A DNA stretch of 64,000 nt from the NCBI GenBank assembly GCA_965228855.1, contig CBDDIJ010000002.1, positions 1,600,001-1,664,000 of the forward strand, in the 5' to 3' direction. A model generated the notes under the pieces. The model had not been told where the DNA came from and ran no database searches. It saw only the letters and a program-made list of their open reading frames with translations. Numbering within the stretch: position 1 is the stretch's first letter; every line of letters begins with the position of its first letter. Source of the DNA: Candidatus Obscuribacterales bacterium. GTDB lineage: Bacteria > Cyanobacteriota > Vampirovibrionia > Obscuribacterales > Obscuribacteraceae. The position numbers were made by a program, and so were the translations under genes. Below are positions 1 to 8,857 of this stretch, piece after piece.

Positions 1-586
1 CCTGGCTGGAGTTGAAGTTGCCCTGAAGCATTGCCCATCGAAATACGTGCGGCTTTCCGGTCAAATCGTTGACGATTTTCTGACGAGTTTCGCGCAAAAA
101 CATCTGCGGCTTCAAATTGCTTTCCGTGTAAACGTAGTTGCCATTCTGTTTAAGAACCTTACAGCTTGCGATACGCGGAAAAACAGTCGGGTAGCCGGTA
201 AAATCTGTGAGGCGCTGCCAGACGAAAGGAAGCGGTGCGTTGATGGTCGTTTCCATAATGGCGCTCAACATTTTGCCGTTTGGTTTCGGCATTGGATCGT
301 CAGTGCTGAGCGGAGCCGTCAGCGGAACTTCTGCGACTTTTATGGTTTTTGAGGGGTCTGAACTCTTTAGACCATCTAAACGTCCTGAACCTTTAGGCTC
401 GTCCACGTGAAACTTGCGGACGGTCTCTTTTGCAAGTTTGGCGTCGGCGACTTTGGTGTCATTATTATCAGTCGCTGATGTTTTAGCCCTTGCTTGTGAC
501 TGGGCTGGTCCAGTCGAAACTGAAAGGCACGCCAAAAGGCAGCCTGTCAGGAAAAATCCAGCCTTTGTGTTTGAGATTCCTGCCAT
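1..586 (-). CDS. SRPBCC/polyketide-cyclase (START-like) family protein with signal peptide, 3'-truncated by window edge
   Basis: Not in the ORF track. Manual translation from ATG 586 is open to the edge: MAGISNTKAGFFLTGCLLACLSVSTGPAQSQA...METTINAPLPFVWQRLTDFTGYPTVFPRIASCKVL. The I-N-A-P-x-x-x-V-W-x-x-L-T-D-F-x-x-Y-P pattern is typical of SRPBCC domains. Confidence 0.75.
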   Translation of the reverse strand, partial: MAGISNTKAGFFLTGCLLACLSVSTGPAQSQARAKTSATDNNDTKVADAKLAKETVRKFHVDEPKGSGRLDGLKSSDPSKTIKVAEVPLTAPLSTDDPMPKPNGKMLSAIMETTINAPLPFVWQRLTDFTGYPTVFPRIASCKVLKQNGNYVYTESNLKPQMFLRETRQKIVNDLTGKPHVFRWAMLQGNFNSSQ

Positions 587-660
587 TGACTCCGAGATAT
601 CCGTTCGAGAGGTTGAGAGAAGCGTCTCACGTGGAGACTGTTTCTAAAGAATAGAGACGC

Positions 661-2265
661 TTAACGGAACCAGGCGGTAAAGGGTGTAATTTCGTTCGAG
701 AAGCCTACTCTGCCTGCTAGGACGGTGGTTTCGTCGATAATCGACCGCTTGGTTATCATACCCTGTGGATCAATTATCGCCGATGGACCTGTATTTGCAG
801 CAAAAACAAAAAATCTTCGGTTCTCTATTGCTCGAAAAACGGAGAAGGCAATCATTTGTTCGCCGATGCTTGAACGGTGAAACCAAGCCAGGTCGGAGAT
901 ATTCACGAGAAGCTGCCCACCTTGTCTGGTGCTGTCGGCGGCTAATTCAGGCGAAATACATTCGAAACATATCAAGGGAGCAATCTCCCCATTCGTCAAC
1001 TTCAGAATTTGGGCTTGCTTGCCTGATGAGAGACCGCCTCCGGCTGGAGTGTTGGTCAGGCGCTTAATCCATTCGGGAAAGTATTGAACCAGTGTCGGGC
1101 AATATTCGCCGAACGGCACTAAATAGCGCTTGTGGTAAACATTTGTAGCCATCGCTCCGTCGGTCGATATGCCGTATGCGGAGTTGTACGGATTAGATAG
1201 GTCGTCGGTGCCTATTGCTCCGACGACCATATCAAGCTTTTTTGATTCGCATACCTGCCCCAGAAGATTTTGAACTTCTCGATTTTGACTCAGTGTCGTG
1301 GGCACTGCACTTTCTGTGAAAACACATATACCTGGCGGAATCTTCGGCAGGAGCTTGAGATAGCGCTGAAGCAGTTCATCAAGCGAATATCGATGCTTTG
1401 TTTTCTGCATGTCGATGTTGATGTTGCCTTGCAATACAGCTATGGGAGTTATCGCTCTTACTGCTGTCTTGGCGGACTGCCATCCGCCAAGTCCGATGGA
1501 TAGTGGAATTGCTAGGAGCACTATGGCTGTTTGAATAACTGCCATACCTTTTCCGGATGCGCTGATCGCTTTGTATAGCGGCTTTCCACTGATAGTTGAA
1601 ACCAACGATGCGATCGATGTGTTTACCATCACTATGATGAACGCGACACCAATGCCGCCGATCAGGGATGCGACCTGAATGAGCGGCAACTGTTTATATT
1701 GCGTGTACTCGAGCATGCTCCACGGTACGCCAAGGAAAGCCGGCGCGTTGCCGACTTTATTGACTATCAAAACCCAGAGCAGCGGCAGGGCTAGTACGGC
1801 TGGAAGCTTCCAGCCTCCCGGAATTTTTTGCGGAATGAAACCGCCAGTTGTCGGTATCAGTTTTGCGACTAGCGAAAAGAGCGAGATGATTAGCGCCTGA
1901 TGGAACGATGTGATTGTCCAGGCAGCTATCGCCAGAGCCCAGCCTTGCCACCAGTTGAAGCCAAGCCACTCCATTGGCTGGAGACCGAGATACCAGTTCA
2001 AATACACCAGATTATAGGCAAATCCGAAAACCAGTCCCCGGGCGGCTGCTTGCCAAACTCCCTTGCTTGCGGAAATCGCCAAAATTAAAGGCGCCAACCC
2101 TATCCAGGCTAAATACCACTGGTTTATGCCAGGGCAAGAAAGACCAAGCAAACATCCGAAACCGGTAAGCCAGAGAAAATCTCTGACGGACATTAGCTTT
2201 ATACCGCTGCCCTTCTTTTCAGAAGTCGGCTTGGTCTTCTCTTTCTTCTTAGATATTGTTGGCAC
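661..2265 (-). CDS. lnt: Apolipoprotein N-acyltransferase
   Basis: Multiple N-terminal TM helices, LQGNI, and nitrilase triad motifs TESAVP (E), KRYLVPFGEY (K), ICFE (C), plus ANTGPSAIIDPQG. Confidence 0.95.
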   Translation of the reverse strand: MPTISKKKEKTKPTSEKKGSGIKLMSVRDFLWLTGFGCLLGLSCPGINQWYLAWIGLAPLILAISASKGVWQAAARGLVFGFAYNLVYLNWYLGLQPMEWLGFNWWQGWALAIAAWTITSFHQALIISLFSLVAKLIPTTGGFIPQKIPGGWKLPAVLALPLLWVLIVNKVGNAPAFLGVPWSMLEYTQYKQLPLIQVASLIGGIGVAFIIVMVNTSIASLVSTISGKPLYKAISASGKGMAVIQTAIVLLAIPLSIGLGGWQSAKTAVRAITPIAVLQGNINIDMQKTKHRYSLDELLQRYLKLLPKIPPGICVFTESAVPTTLSQNREVQNLLGQVCESKKLDMVVGAIGTDDLSNPYNSAYGISTDGAMATNVYHKRYLVPFGEYCPTLVQYFPEWIKRLTNTPAGGGLSSGKQAQILKLTNGEIAPLICFECISPELAADSTRQGGQLLVNISDLAWFHRSSIGEQMIAFSVFRAIENRRFFVFAANTGPSAIIDPQGMITKRSIIDETTVLAGRVGFSNEITPFTAWFR

Positions 2266-2298
2266 TCTCGAATTTTTTTAGAAGTGGAGAACGTTTTC

Positions 2299-3444
2299 TT
2301 ACTTGCCGCCGCCGAGTTTGACAGCCATTTCGGCTTTGACGAGTTCCTCTACTTCTTTGAGGAGCTTCGTATTTTGCTCGAAGAACCCAATCGAAGCGTC
2401 TCTGCCCTGACCGATACGATCTTCTTTGAAGCTGTACCAGGCGCCGGCTTTCTTGACGATTCCGAGTTCAACCGCAACGTCGAGCAAGCAACCGATCGAG
2501 TTGATTCCTTGACCGTATATGATGTCGAATTCCGCGATTCTGAAAGGCGGTGCAACTTTGTTCTTCACGACTTTGACCTTGACGCGGTTGCCCACTTCGC
2601 GGCTGTCTTTTTTCAATGTCTCGATTTTTCTGATATCGAGTCTTACTGAAGCGTAGAACTTGAGTGCGTTACCACCAGTTGTTGTTTCCGGGTTTCCGTA
2701 CATGACGCCGATCTTCATACGAAGCTGGTTGATGAAGATGACTGTTGTGCGTGTTTTGGCGACGACTGCCGTCAGTTTTCTCAAAGCTTGAGACATCAAG
2801 CGTGCTTGCAAGCCGGGAAGGCTATCACCCATCTCGCCTTCAATTTCAGCTTTGGGAACCAGAGCCGCTACCGAGTCGATGATGACGAGATCTACTGCAC
2901 CTGAACGAACCAGTTGCTCGGTAATTTCGAGAGCTTGTTCTCCAGTGTCTGGTTGCGAGATCAAGAGTTCATCAACATTGACGCCGAGAGCCTTTGCGTA
3001 TTCGGGATCGAGCGCGTGCTCAGCATCGACGATAGCGGCGATGCCGCCTTTTCTTTGAACTTCTGCTGCGCAGTGTTGAGCGAGAGTTGTTTTACCGGAA
3101 GACTCAGGACCATAAATCTCGATAATTCTTCCTCTGGGCAAACCGCCGACTCCGAGCGCGAGGTCGAGAGTGATTGCGCCTGTCGGAATGACTTCGATTG
3201 CCTGGTTTTTCGAATCGCCGAGCTTCATGATCGAGCCGTCGCCATACTGCTTCTTGATGGCGTCCATCGCAAGACCGAGTGCTTTGAGGCGCTCTGCTGC
3301 CGGTGGTTGCGCCGCGGCATCAGCTCCTTTAGAAGAACCTTTGTCTTTTGACTCTTTTGCAGTTACTTCTTTTTCTTGTTCGTCCATTGCTGTCTTTGCT
3401 TTATCTGGTGCTTTTCCAGATTTGTCTTTGGTTGCGAAAGCCAT
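2299..3444 (-). CDS. recA: Recombinase RecA
   Basis: GPESSGKTT Walker [52 protein letters not shown] upstream. Confidence 0.99.
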   Translation of the reverse strand: MAFATKDKSGKAPDKAKTAMDEQEKEVTAKESKDKGSSKGADAAAQPPAAERLKALGLAMDAIKKQYGDGSIMKLGDSKNQAIEVIPTGAITLDLALGVGGLPRGRIIEIYGPESSGKTTLAQHCAAEVQRKGGIAAIVDAEHALDPEYAKALGVNVDELLISQPDTGEQALEITEQLVRSGAVDLVIIDSVAALVPKAEIEGEMGDSLPGLQARLMSQALRKLTAVVAKTRTTVIFINQLRMKIGVMYGNPETTTGGNALKFYASVRLDIRKIETLKKDSREVGNRVKVKVVKNKVAPPFRIAEFDIIYGQGINSIGCLLDVAVELGIVKKAGAWYSFKEDRIGQGRDASIGFFEQNTKLLKEVEELVKAEMAVKLGGGK

Positions 3445-3914
3445 TTTTCGTTCTCCTTTTAGAGTCTAACTGGTGCCAACACCTGAAGGATGCTTGTTTG
3501 CAAGGACAGGCAACTTTTCTATAGTTTTTGTATATCGCTTGTATGGTGCGCGGTTTCGGCGATTCAGCGTATGCGCGAATTATAGCCGACAAGATCGCAG
3601 AACCCCATTAAAATGTAGTCCTGGTGCCGGTTGTAGCGCTTTTGTATATGCTTCGATCTACAGCAGTAAAGAGCCGCTCCTTTCGGTCTCTTTATTGCGT
3701 CCTGCTTTTGTTGACAAGCGGACTTCGGGTTTTAAAGATGCGGCGAAGGGTATAAAAAGGTTGTTAGACAACAAATCGCCTAACGCTGGTTCCTAGTTCT
3801 TAGACGTTACCAATCGCGGCCGAGTTCAATGGTCGAGATAAATTTTCTCGATTATTTTTTGCCGCTAGTGTTCCGGGTGGATAAATGAATCGTTTCCATC
3901 GGCGGGAGGGTGAA

Positions 3915-4610
3915 ATGAAGACAGCGCAGCGGTTGTTCAGTCTGCGTCAGAGTGATTTGTTCGAGTCTTTCAATCCGGTAGAACTGGGACGCCTGCTTGG
4001 AATCCTGGAGGAGCAGGAAGTTCCGAAGCACCATATGTTGTTTTCACCTGGCACTCCGTGTCAGGCAATCTACTTTATAGAAAAGGGTCGCGTGCGCGTA
4101 ACTCGACTCTCGCCTGAAGGAAAAACCGTTATCCTTGCCCTCCTCGGTCCCGGTGAGCTGATCGGTGAAGCCGCATGGGAACTCGGCGAACACGATAGTT
4201 ACGCTGAGACTCTCGAAGAGTCTCGCATCTATCAAATTTCTCGTGAGGCATTTCAAAACTATATCCGTGAAAACCCAGAGTTCGGGCTGCGCTTGATAGA
4301 GATCCTCGGAGTGCGATTAAAGCAAGCACAAGCGAGAATCGAGGATCTGGTTTTCCGCCAGGTGCCAAGCCGCGTCGCCAGGCTGCTTTTGACTCTCGCT
4401 GAAAGTCACGGTCGAGTAACTCCAAGCGGCATACGTGTAGAATTTCCACTCACGCATCAAGAAATCGCTGACATGGTGGGCTCCTCGCGAGTCACCGTGA
4501 CGCAGATTCTCAACAAGTTTCGCTCAAGCCAATGGATCGAGATCGAATCCAAGCGCGTCACCATCCATAATATGGATGCGCTCGAAGAATTGGTTCGGCA
4601 GCCCGGCTAG
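3915..4610 (+). CDS. Crp/Fnr family transcriptional regulator
   Basis: cNMP-binding fold (IYFIEKGRVRV...LGPGELIGE) and C-terminal HTH LTHQEIADMVGSSRVTVTQIL. Start moved to ATG 3915 after the GGGAGG SD (track start 3885). Confidence 0.93.
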   Translation: MKTAQRLFSLRQSDLFESFNPVELGRLLGILEEQEVPKHHMLFSPGTPCQAIYFIEKGRVRVTRLSPEGKTVILALLGPGELIGEAAWELGEHDSYAETLEESRIYQISREAFQNYIRENPEFGLRLIEILGVRLKQAQARIEDLVFRQVPSRVARLLLTLAESHGRVTPSGIRVEFPLTHQEIADMVGSSRVTVTQILNKFRSSQWIEIESKRVTIHNMDALEELVRQPG

Positions 4611-4636
4611 TAGATCTTGCCACGAGGTTGTGCACC

Positions 4637-5335
4637 ATGACGTTCTTTTCTTCGTTTGCGAAACGTTTTTCAAAGCGACGAAGAGGCGCTGAGCAAGCTT
4701 ATCTCAACGACATCAAGCTGAGTTTCGAATGTCCAGTTCTCTGGAGTTCGATGACTGGTGACGAGCGCATCCGACATTGCGGACAGTGCGACAAGAACGT
4801 TTATAACGTTAGCGAGATGAACCGCGCGGAAGCCGTCGAATTTCTGCGAAATGCGACCAACGAAACCTGCATTCAGTTTTATCGAAGGTCTGATGGAGCT
4901 GTGATGACTGAGCCGTGTCCAAGCGCCATTAGGAAGCTTCGTCGAGCTACGCTCAGCAAGGTTGCTTGTGTCGCGACTGCGATAGGATGGTTTGGCTTGG
5001 CGCAAACCGCTCTGGCTGTTGATGAACCGGCAGTTTCAGATTCTTCGGGTCGACGAGCTTTGCGCTTAGAGGGTATTCCACATGCCCGCTCAAGTCATTC
5101 GCCGAGAAAATCACATGGAGGACTTTATTTTCCGGTCCTATATCCTTCCGAAGACGTAAAGCGAATGCCCGGCTACCAGTCTTGCCAAGATAAAATTCGG
5201 CAACAGTTTGGCAGTGTCGCGGCGATCGGGTTACTGGTTGCTGCGATTGGTCTGGCGTGCAGGCGAAGAGCCATCTGGATAGCTTTTGTTGGTCTGGTTG
5301 CAGTGTCCACGGTTCTCGGTTTTATCTGGTTGTGA
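4637..5335 (+). CDS. Hypothetical membrane protein with Cys-rich N-terminal domain
   Basis: CPVLWSSMTGDERIRHCGQCDKNVYNVSEM...CIQFYRRSDG...EPCP followed by three hydrophobic segments; GAGG SD before ATG 4637. Confidence 0.75.
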   Translation: MTFFSSFAKRFSKRRRGAEQAYLNDIKLSFECPVLWSSMTGDERIRHCGQCDKNVYNVSEMNRAEAVEFLRNATNETCIQFYRRSDGAVMTEPCPSAIRKLRRATLSKVACVATAIGWFGLAQTALAVDEPAVSDSSGRRALRLEGIPHARSSHSPRKSHGGLYFPVLYPSEDVKRMPGYQSCQDKIRQQFGSVAAIGLLVAAIGLACRRRAIWIAFVGLVAVSTVLGFIWL

Positions 5336-5371
5336 AAGCGCGGTTTGTCATGAGTATATAATGTAGCTGTC

Positions 5372-5448
<77 letters not shown>

Positions 5449-5623
5449 TATTTTTTATCTAAAATTGAAGACATGCATCATATGCTGTGCGGCATGGTGT
5501 ATATGCAGCGTATGGCGAGCTTTAAAACACGAAAATGATCGCGAGTCATTGTCGTGGCACTATTGAATTACTTGTTGAATATCCTGTGTCTGTCTGACGA
5601 ACCGGCACCAATCCATAACATTC

Positions 5624-8600
5624 ATGAAAGATCGTTGGACACGAGTCTTGCTCGGACCGTACAGGTCCGGCAAATCTGTTGCGCTTTTGGCGGAGCTAAC
5701 CAAGCACTGTCGAGAGGATGTGCTTGCGCTTGGAGACGCGCTACTAATCGTGCCGTCCAAGCGTTACCAACGGTTGGTTGAACGCCGAATTTTAAAGTTG
5801 CTCCGGAAAGAATTTTCTGCGGGGGAAACCCATAACAGTGTCGCAGGCAATTTTGAAGTCGTTGAAGGCGAAGAGGAGGAGGGCGCGCCGGAGTTGGTGG
5901 TGCCCGCTGCTCCGAGGAACGGCTATGTCGGTCTTAACGTCGCCTCGTTCTATCAGGCTTGCAGCATCATACTGCGTCGATGCGGTGTCGTTCCTCGCGT
6001 GATACCGGAGGCGGTGCGACCTGCTCTGGTAGCTCGTGTAATTGCGGAGCTGAAGAGTGAAGGCAAGATAGAGCATCTGCTGCCCATTTGTGATTTCGTC
6101 GGAACGCACGCCGCGCTGCTTGATTTAATCGACGAACTTGAGCGCTCCGGACTCAGTCCCAACGATGTGATTCATCGCATCCAGTCCAGTGCCGCTCAGT
6201 CATCTCGTCATTACGAATTAGCGCTTGTGTACAAAGGATACTGGGATGAGCTCGATCGGATCGGCTATCTCGATAATCGGCGCGTTGCATTTAAGTGCCG
6301 GGAAGTGCTCTCCGCGCGCCCGTCCAGAGAACCGTTATTTGGTTTCGTTGGTATCGACGGTTTTGACCGTTTCAATCACCTGCAGCTGCAAGTTTTGAGA
6401 GAACTGAGCGAGCATAGCCGTAAATCTGTCGTGTGCTTTGATTATAGTCTCGAAGTTTCGGATGAAGCGCGTCGCGAATACATGTGGAAAGACAGTAGCT
6501 TCGAGGATTTGCAGCGCATCTTCAATGAAGCGGATTTCTTATGGAACGATAGTGTCGACCTACCGCATCAGGCGCCGCTAGAGGCATTTAAGGCTGTCGA
6601 TCGATTTCTGGAGATGGAAGAGGTTGCTCGAAGGGTCAAACATAGCTTGGTTGTAAACCGAACTCCGCCGGATGAACTCCTTGTGGTCGTTCCCTCTCTC
6701 CGGGACTACAAAGGCGCAATTGAAGCGGCTTTCGATGACGCGGGGGTTCCATACTTCGTAGATGAGCCTGTTCGGATGATGACACTGCCTATAGTGCAGT
6801 TTGCCGTGTCGCTGTTGAGCGCGTTTCATAATGACTTCGGCCGCAGTGTGATTATAAGAACGATGACCAGCCGGTTTTTCAACAGGACTGCATTTAATCT
6901 CACGAGCGAAAACATAATCGCGCTTGATAGAGTTAGTCAGAGTGAGAAGCTCATCGGTGGTCGAGCGGAGTGGCTTCGGATCGCCGAAAAATTGCAACTT
7001 CAAGACCCACTCAAAGCTCTTCTGGACTGCCTTACTCCACCCGACTCCACTGCACCGCTCACGACATTCGTGTCCTGGTGTGAGGACGTGTTGTCACTTT
7101 GTTTGTCAGTCGATCTGGATGCGGAGTTTCAAGATCCTGTTCAAGGTTGGACGGAAGAGCGTGCGCTCATGGAGGTGCAAAACCTCTGGGCATCACTTGT
7201 TCAAGAAGATGCGATTCTCTATGGTGATCGTGGTGGATTCAAGTCGGACTATCATGGTTTCCTGAAAAAGATGATGCATGCATTCGAGAAATCGAATTTC
7301 AGAGCGGCTCCGGCGGCTAGCAACAGCATTGTAATCTCATCAGTCGACCTGGCCGACAGCCGGCGCTTTGACGAAGTGTTTTTAGCTGGATTGGTCGAAG
7401 GAGAGTTTCCTCGACGGCTTGGCGGTCGAGGATTTGTAAGTCCTGATGAGGTGAAACGCTGGGAACTGTTTGGCGTCGATATTCGCAGTCCACGTATGCA
7501 TCCGGCCTTCGAATATGCACTTTTCCGCTCACTTTTAGACCGAGCCCGCAAGCAAGTGCATCTTTCGTACCCAATGTGGGATATGAGTGGCGAAGAGTTG
7601 CTGCCGTCATTCTTCCTGACAGGAGAATCGCTTCCGGTGACAGTCGCAAATGCGGCACCGTTTAAACAATCCATGTCGCTTCCAGTCTCTGAGCGCAATC
7701 GCATGGCTGGTTTGATGTGGAACAACGAATTCGATGCGAGCACCGTCGATGGTGCTCCGTTTATCGGTGATCTCTATCGACAGTTGGAAGAGTCTATAGC
7801 CATGGTTCGTGCTCGCAGCGAGGGGGCTACCGAGAGTCCTTTCAACGGCTATCTGGCCGACTCTGTCAGATCTGGTGCCCTTTCGGTTTCTCTTCCAAGC
7901 AGGTTTAGCGCTTCTCGTTTGAACGAGTACGGTAAATGCCCCTTCCGCTATTGGATGTCGCATGTTATGAAACTGTCGCCGCACGAGGAGGCAACGGTCA
8001 AGCTGGAGGTGCGGGAGTTAGGTGAAACCTACCACCTTGCTCTGGAGAAATTCTACGAGGTCTTGATCAAGAATCAGATTAGTTTGCCCGACAGCGAGAG
8101 AGAAACTGTTGACAAGCACTTCGATGCCGCCATCGAAGAAGCACTTGCCTGGCTGGAAAAGAAACGTGGCGCAAATTACAGCGAGTTCTGGGAGTACGAG
8201 AAAAAGGAGATTGTTTTCCGGCTGAAGCGGTTTTTGGAGAAGGAAATCGACAGAGCTATGCGCAGCAAAATAGAGTATGTGCCGCATCTCGTCGAGGCTG
8301 CCTTCGGCATGGATGATAAGAATCCGAGCGTAAGCGCGCCGGCCTTGAAAGTCAGTGATGGAAAACGTACCGTCGAATTTCGCGGAAAAATCGATCGTAT
8401 TGATATCGCGGGCGGTTTAAGCGCCTTGAATCGGATGGCGGAAACCGGCAACAGCATAGGTGTTTCAACTCGTGTCATCGATTATAAGGCGGGCTCGAGT
8501 TCGATTCCTCCTCGAGAGGCAAATGAGGGCAGAAATCTTCAGCTGCCGATTTATGCATTGGCGGTCGAGAGATGTATCCTGCCCGGTTCTACTGCCGCAG

Positions 8601-8857
8601 CGGGCAACTATCTGAGTTTTACTTCCGGCGCGCCGATTGGAAGTCTGGTTTTTGACCGTGATAAAGAGGACGATCGCGGATTCGTCGATACAAAGCGGAT
8701 CGAGCAATACATTCTTGATTACGTCGAAAAAATGGCTCAAGGGGTATTCACCGTTAAACCAAGCATCGCCAGCGTCTGCGACAACTGTGACCATAAGCGA
8801 GTTTGTCGAGTAACCGAGTTGAAAAAGGGAGGTGAAAAGCGTGACATCTCTAACTGA
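5624..8857 (+). CDS. addB: AddB/RexB-like helicase-nuclease subunit B (PD-(D/E)xK nuclease with Fe-S cysteines)
   Basis: GPYRSGKS Walker-like motif, IDGFDRF, SASRLNEYGKCPFRY, RGKIDRID, IDYK, LQLPIY, terminal CDNCDHKRVC; overlaps addA start. Confidence 0.88.
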   Translation: MKDRWTRVLLGPYRSGKSVALLAELTKHCREDVLALGDALLIVPSKRYQRLVERRILKLLRKEFSAGETHNSVAGNFEVVEGEEEEGAPELVVPAAPRNGYVGLNVASFYQACSIILRRCGVVPRVIPEAVRPALVARVIAELKSEGKIEHLLPICDFVGTHAALLDLIDELERSGLSPNDVIHRIQSSAAQSSRHYELALVYKGYWDELDRIGYLDNRRVAFKCREVLSARPSREPLFGFVGIDGFDRFNHLQLQVLRELSEHSRKSVVCFDYSLEVSDEARREYMWKDSSFEDLQRIFNEADFLWNDSVDLPHQAPLEAFKAVDRFLEMEEVARRVKHSLVVNRTPPDELLVVVPSLRDYKGAIEAAFDDAGVPYFVDEPVRMMTLPIVQFAVSLLSAFHNDFGRSVIIRTMTSRFFNRTAFNLTSENIIALDRVSQSEKLIGGRAEWLRIAEKLQLQDPLKALLDCLTPPDSTAPLTTFVSWCEDVLSLCLSVDLDAEFQDPVQGWTEERALMEVQNLWASLVQEDAILYGDRGGFKSDYHGFLKKMMHAFEKSNFRAAPAASNSIVISSVDLADSRRFDEVFLAGLVEGEFPRRLGGRGFVSPDEVKRWELFGVDIRSPRMHPAFEYALFRSLLDRARKQVHLSYPMWDMSGEELLPSFFLTGESLPVTVANAAPFKQSMSLPVSERNRMAGLMWNNEFDASTVDGAPFIGDLYRQLEESIAMVRARSEGATESPFNGYLADSVRSGALSVSLPSRFSASRLNEYGKCPFRYWMSHVMKLSPHEEATVKLEVRELGETYHLALEKFYEVLIKNQISLPDSERETVDKHFDAAIEEALAWLEKKRGANYSEFWEYEKKEIVFRLKRFLEKEIDRAMRSKIEYVPHLVEAAFGMDDKNPSVSAPALKVSDGKRTVEFRGKIDRIDIAGGLSALNRMAETGNSIGVSTRVIDYKAGSSSIPPREANEGRNLQLPIYALAVERCILPGSTAAAGNYLSFTSGAPIGSLVFDRDKEDDRGFVDTKRIEQYILDYVEKMAQGVFTVKPSIASVCDNCDHKRVCRVTELKKGGEKRDISN

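Noticed and set aside
47..647. Three + strand ORFs at the window start
   Set aside because: Antisense to the partial SRPBCC gene on the minus strand
3445..3914. LexA/SOS box shared by recA, addB, mutS and xth
   Set aside because: No convincing common palindrome found by eye; needs a motif search
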